Assembly (NCBI GenBank): GCA_021432655.1
Contig: MU271222.1
Location: forward strand, 1 to 39,124
Length of the DNA stretch: 39,124 nucleotides
Origin: Atractiella rhizophila
Taxonomy: Eukaryota
Direction: 5' to 3'
The notes beneath the pieces were generated by a model that saw nothing but the letters and a program-made list of their open reading frames with translations, ran no database searches and was not told the origin of the DNA. Below are positions 34,730 to 39,124 of the stretch, in pieces (positions within the stretch are counted from its first letter, which is position 1; the number at the start of each line of letters is the position of its first letter). A program made the translations under genes and the position numbers.

Positions 34730-36052
34730 TCATTTCTTATTATTCTGCAGCAGATAAACCTGTCACGCAAGAAAGTAAGAAGAGAAGAAAGAACTCACAC
34801 TAACGATTTTGATAGCGACGACGACCCCGACGATGATGAGGATGATCAAAAAGATGACAAAACACCAAATCCTCTTCTTCCTCGCCCCCCTCGCGCTCTT
34901 GACCGCCTTCTCCATCTCCCCCACACCCTGCTGCATATCCACCGCCGCCGTCTCCGTCTGCTTCTCGATCGCAATGATCACTTCGTCTTGCTGCTCCACC
35001 CTGATACTCAGATCATTGAAGAGCTCGGCGAGCTCGACGAGCGTCCGTTCGATCTGCAGGATCTCTTCTTGTCGCCGCTTGACTTCGTCCAACGCACCGC
35101 GAGCCGCGTTCTGACGACTCGAGAGCGCCTGCGCGAACACACCGTCATTCCCTGTCCTGAGCGCCTCTTCCACGCGCTGTTTGACGGCGTAATCGTCGAG
35201 GGAAGGATCGACGATCTTGATCTGTCTCTCCAGCTTCCTCTTCTCGCCCTCCCTGCCCGTCCTCTCGATCGTCCCGAACTCTTCGACCAACGAGAGCAGG
35301 CGGGATTGTTGGGCTTTGAGCTGGGAGAGACGGAGGTCGACGTCGGATTGGGTTATGGAGCCGGGGATGCGGGCGAGGGATTTGGTTTCGGAGGTGAGGG
35401 AGGTCAGGGCGGATTTGACGCGTTGGATGGAGGTGCGGATGGTGGAGGTGAGAGTGGTTTGTTGGGTTTGGACTTGGGGGTAGTCGGGAGAGGTGGAGGG
35501 GAGGGTGGAGAGCTCTTGTTGGATGGAGGAGAGGGTGCGGAGGGAGGAAGAGAGGTCTTTGAGCGTGGATTGGATGTCGCTTATCTGTCACCATCCCGTC
35601 CATCATCTTACTCCTTAATATAATTTGATGAAAGAAGGACGCACGGAACGAAAGAAACCCTCCATGTCGTTCCTCACTTCCCCCCTCTCATCGAGCGAAT
35701 ACCCACTCCCCCGCTTCGCCTTCCTCCCACCCGCCTGGTTCCCTCTCCCACCACCAGCACCACCTCCTCCTCCCCTCTCCTCCATCTGATACCCCCCTCC
35801 CCCTCCTCCACCATAACTATCCTGTCTCCTCGCCCCCCCTCCTCTCGGCCCACTAGGCAACCCCCCTCCGCCAGCACGCGGCCCAGAAGGAAGACCAGCA
35901 GGCTGCGCCTGCCTCATTGGCGGATACGATGGCTCGTTATCATTCCCGTATCCATTGTTGCTATTGCTGAACGTGTTATTATTATTGTAGGCGTTGGAGG
36001 GCGGTTGCCCCTGGTTCCCGGCGCGCATGGCGGCGAGACGGTCGCGCGACAT
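34730..36052 (-). CDS. Plasma-membrane syntaxin (Sso1/Sso2-like Qa-SNARE), 3 exons
   Basis: MSRDRLAAMRA start; introns 35644-35585 and 34798-34745; helical Habc-like region; SNARE motif (EVKRRQEEILQIERTLVELAELFNDL..VEQQDE); basic ARKKR; C-terminal transmembrane helix. Confidence 0.93.
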
Positions 36053-36804
36053 GGTGATGGTGAGGGTTGGTTGGTTTGATGGTGCTGGTTGGCTGTTGGG
36101 TGTGTTGCTTGTGTGTAAAGAGGGTGGAGGTGCCTGCACCGATTGCTGAGCTCTGCGTTGAGGAAGGACCGTCGTTGTTTGTTCTGGTTGCTTGTTGGAT
36201 AGTGTGAATGGATAGTGTGTTGTAGTGTGGATCTTTCACAGATGTGGCACCAATACCACACACAGGTTATACCGACAACACTCGGCCCGACATCAAACCC
36301 GACCTTGCACGAATATTTTTCCTCCCCGCTATTCCGGTCTCCCTCTGTGGCTCCTCCTCCAGCGCCGTCAACACCTTTTCTATTTCGATCTCAGGACAGC
36401 AGATATTCCAGGCTGCGTTACGCAAACACACGACAAGACTCGAGTCCACGGTCTCTGTCCCCCATCCCGACTCCGTGGCTTGCTGACTACTCGACGCGCG
36501 AATCGTCTTGTCACGTCTTGTCGCCAGCTGCCGATCGTGCCGGCATGGCATCTTTCCAGACTCTTATAACCTACCATCTCAACGCAATGTGCCTCCACTT
36601 CTCTTCCCTGTCAAAAACTTATTTAACTCTTCCCCTCCTTTTCTCCTTCTCAACTCACCGATCCCACTCGCATCGTTCTCCGTCGAAAATCAGCTACGAA
36701 TTCCTGCATACTTTACTGTACTGTTACACACCCTCGCTTGCTTGTTTGCTCTGCGAGAAGACATTGTGTATTGACCATCGAAGTATCGACGGTTTCTTTG
36801 AAGG

Positions 36805-39124
36805 ATGATGGCAAGCGGACAGAGACGCACGTCCAACGCTTCAGAAGCGATCAGTCTCGCAAGGCAAGAGACGGGAGGCTTCAGTGGCAGACATGATCGG
36901 TTGCAGCCTGGAGAGGAGGCGGAGGAGGGCGAGAGGGTGAGGAGGATGCCGACTGGTGAGCTCCTTTCTTTGGTTCTTTCCGTGTGTCGGTATGGTGGTT
37001 CTTGGGAGGTGGGAATGTTGGGTGTGTTGCTGCCTTAACGGACGAGCACATAAGTTGTGGCGTTTCCTCATTCTAAGTAGGAGTGACAAGGATAGGCTAC
37101 TGTATAACTTGATTTCTGTCCTCTCTCAATCCTTTGCAAGCTGTCAGTTTAAGACACGAGCCATCTTTGTGTTGGATTATTCGCGTAATAGTGCAGTGGC
37201 GAGCTTTTCGCAATGCAAAAGGAACATCGTTCGCTGGAAGAGTAAAGAACCGACCGTCGCTGATTCTGAAGCTATTTTGGCATCTTTACGTTGACTTCAT
37301 AAGTGAGGAACGTGCGGATCGAAGATTTTGAACAAATGATCATTTCGTTCGCTCCTCCCATCTCATGATTGGGTGGGAACATGATCCTTGTTTGGAGGTT
37401 TGCATACTTTGCACGTTTTCCATTGTTTAGCGAGTCGCTAAGATTTTTGCGATGTGGGAGAGTTGGTAGAAGTTGTCTAAATAATTTGAACATTGTTACT
37501 GTTATTGCGATGGCCACGTTTGGCTTTTCGCTTTTCGAAATTCAAAATCAATACACTTGTTGCCTCTGAAGACACCCTAGCTGTAACATTGAAGACCTTC
37601 CATTATGAACGCGGAAGAAATATTTGATTTTCACATTCAGGCGTTCCTTAGTAGTCAGTCTAGTTATCCCAGCTTTCTGCTCATTAAGACCGTCACCACC
37701 AATACTGACAGCCACATCCAGGGGAACTAGTATATCCCGGCTTAGGGACCAAAGCATCTCCCTACGTCGTCTCATTCGCACCAAACGATCCTCAAAAGCA
37801 GAACCCACTCGAGTTCTCAACCGCCAAAAAATACACCATCACGTATGACCCTCCTCTTCTCTGTGAGGCTAATCATCTGACCTGGAGTCTCGCAGCATGA
37901 TGACGGCTCTCGCAACACTTTGTATCGCTTATTGTTCGAGCGCGTTTGCGGGCGCGATATCAGCTATGCTTTCATATTTTGGAGTGAGCAGAGAACTGCT
38001 CACTGCTGGCCTTTGTATGGCTTTTTTTCTCTCTTCTCCTCATGTCGTTACTCAATCTTGTACTACAGCCCTTTACGTTTTGGGATTCGCTCTTGGCCCG
38101 CTTGTTTGGGTGCGCACCTATGCTGCTCCCGTCATTGACGTGAACCTGATAACTGGGAACAGGCACCGCTCTCCGAGCTGTTTGGACGCCGAAAACTCTT
38201 CCTCGCCACCTACGCCCCCTTCACATTCTTCCACATCGGCTGCGCGCTCGCAAAGAACATCGAGACGCTCCTCGTCTGTCGTTTCTTCGCCGGCATGTTC
38301 GGTTCCGCCCCCCTCACCAACTCGGGCGGGGTGATCAGCGACATGTTCATCCCCCGCGACCGTTCCCTCGCCATGTCCTTCTTCGCCATGGCCCCATTCT
38401 CGGGTCCCGTCTTGGGCCCCATAGTGGCAGGATTCGTGGGACAGACGGTGGGGTGGAGAGCTAACTTTTGGATCATGTTTGGGTTCTCGGCCGTCATGTT
38501 TATGGCTAACTTCCTCCTCGTACCGGAAACGTATGCGCCGGCGATTTTGAGAGAGAGAGCGGCGAAGTTGATGGAGAAAGCGAATGCGGGTAGGAAGGCG
38601 AAGGACCTGAAGGTGGCAGCCAGGCTTTCTATCGACAAGGAGAAGGAGAAGGAGAAGGACGGGCTGGATGCGCTGGATGAAGAGGCGGGTGATATCGTCT
38701 ACTACGTCTCGATTTACGATAAGGACAAGCCTCCGGAATCTTTGGGCCACAAGCTCCAGATCTCCCTCGTGAGGCCATTCAAGATGCTGCTTCTCGACGT
38801 TATCGTGCTGCTCTTTGCTCTCTATGCAGCTTTGGTATACGGTATGCCTTGTATTTGGACTCAATATCACAGTGAGCTGACATGATTCGAAAGGCATATT
38901 GTACTTGTGTTTCACCGCGTTCCCAATTGTGTTCCAGCAGGAGAGAGGTTGGTCCCCTGGCATCGGTGGACTCGGGTACCTTGGTCTTTTAGCAGGGAAC
39001 TTTCAGTGGAATCTTCATCAACCTGTGGTTGAACAAGAGCTATGCGAGGAAATGTGACGCTTCTCCAACCGGCATCATTGCGCCAGAGGCCAGATTGCCC
39101 GGTCTGATGATAGGAGGTGAGATT
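36805..39124 (+). CDS. MFS transporter, DHA1 (drug:H+ antiporter) type; runs off the window end
   Basis: [60 protein letters not shown] and [14 protein letters not shown] motifs, with several short introns. The first exon (36805-36955) is inferred through a long intron (36956-37721). Confidence 0.9.

Noticed and set aside
34988..35623. 211-aa plus-strand ORF and similar antisense ORFs over the F-box, RS and MFS genes
   Set aside because: Shadow ORFs opposite GC-rich real genes.
38111..38162. GAACCTGAT in an MFS intron, resembling a TPP riboswitch core
   Set aside because: The intron is only ~52 nt and lacks the CTGAGA and other conserved TPP elements.
1..39124. CRISPR arrays, rRNA, tRNA or prokaryotic systems
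   Set aside because: No regularly spaced repeat-spacer array or structural RNA gene was seen; the sequence is spliceosomal-intron-containing eukaryotic DNA.

Overview
Eukaryotic, intron-containing DNA with short GT..AG introns and CTRAC branch points, most consistent with a basidiomycete fungus (inference). 1390-11718 is a ~10.3 kb DNA transposon with 28-bp CCC...GGG terminal inverted repeats, subterminal repeats and an apparent 7-bp target-site duplication (CCCTTCG). It encodes a disabled CACTA/EnSpm-type (Transposase_21/tnp2) transposase and a divergent accessory gene. Its cargo includes a decayed, intron-retaining copy of the proteasome lid gene RPN5. 11.7-34.4 kb is a mosaic of duplicated modules: three open F-box-like/LRR-like genes with hypervariable N-terminal patches, decayed copies of two unidentified families (here called X and Y), an intact and a pseudogenised copy of an RS-rich gene, an RPL38 pseudogene, a PIF/Harbinger transposase remnant and a solo LTR. 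The right end holds ordinary genes: a Sso1-like syntaxin and a DHA1-type MFS transporter that runs off the window. All homology calls come from motifs recognised by eye; no searches were run, and pseudogene boundaries are approximate.
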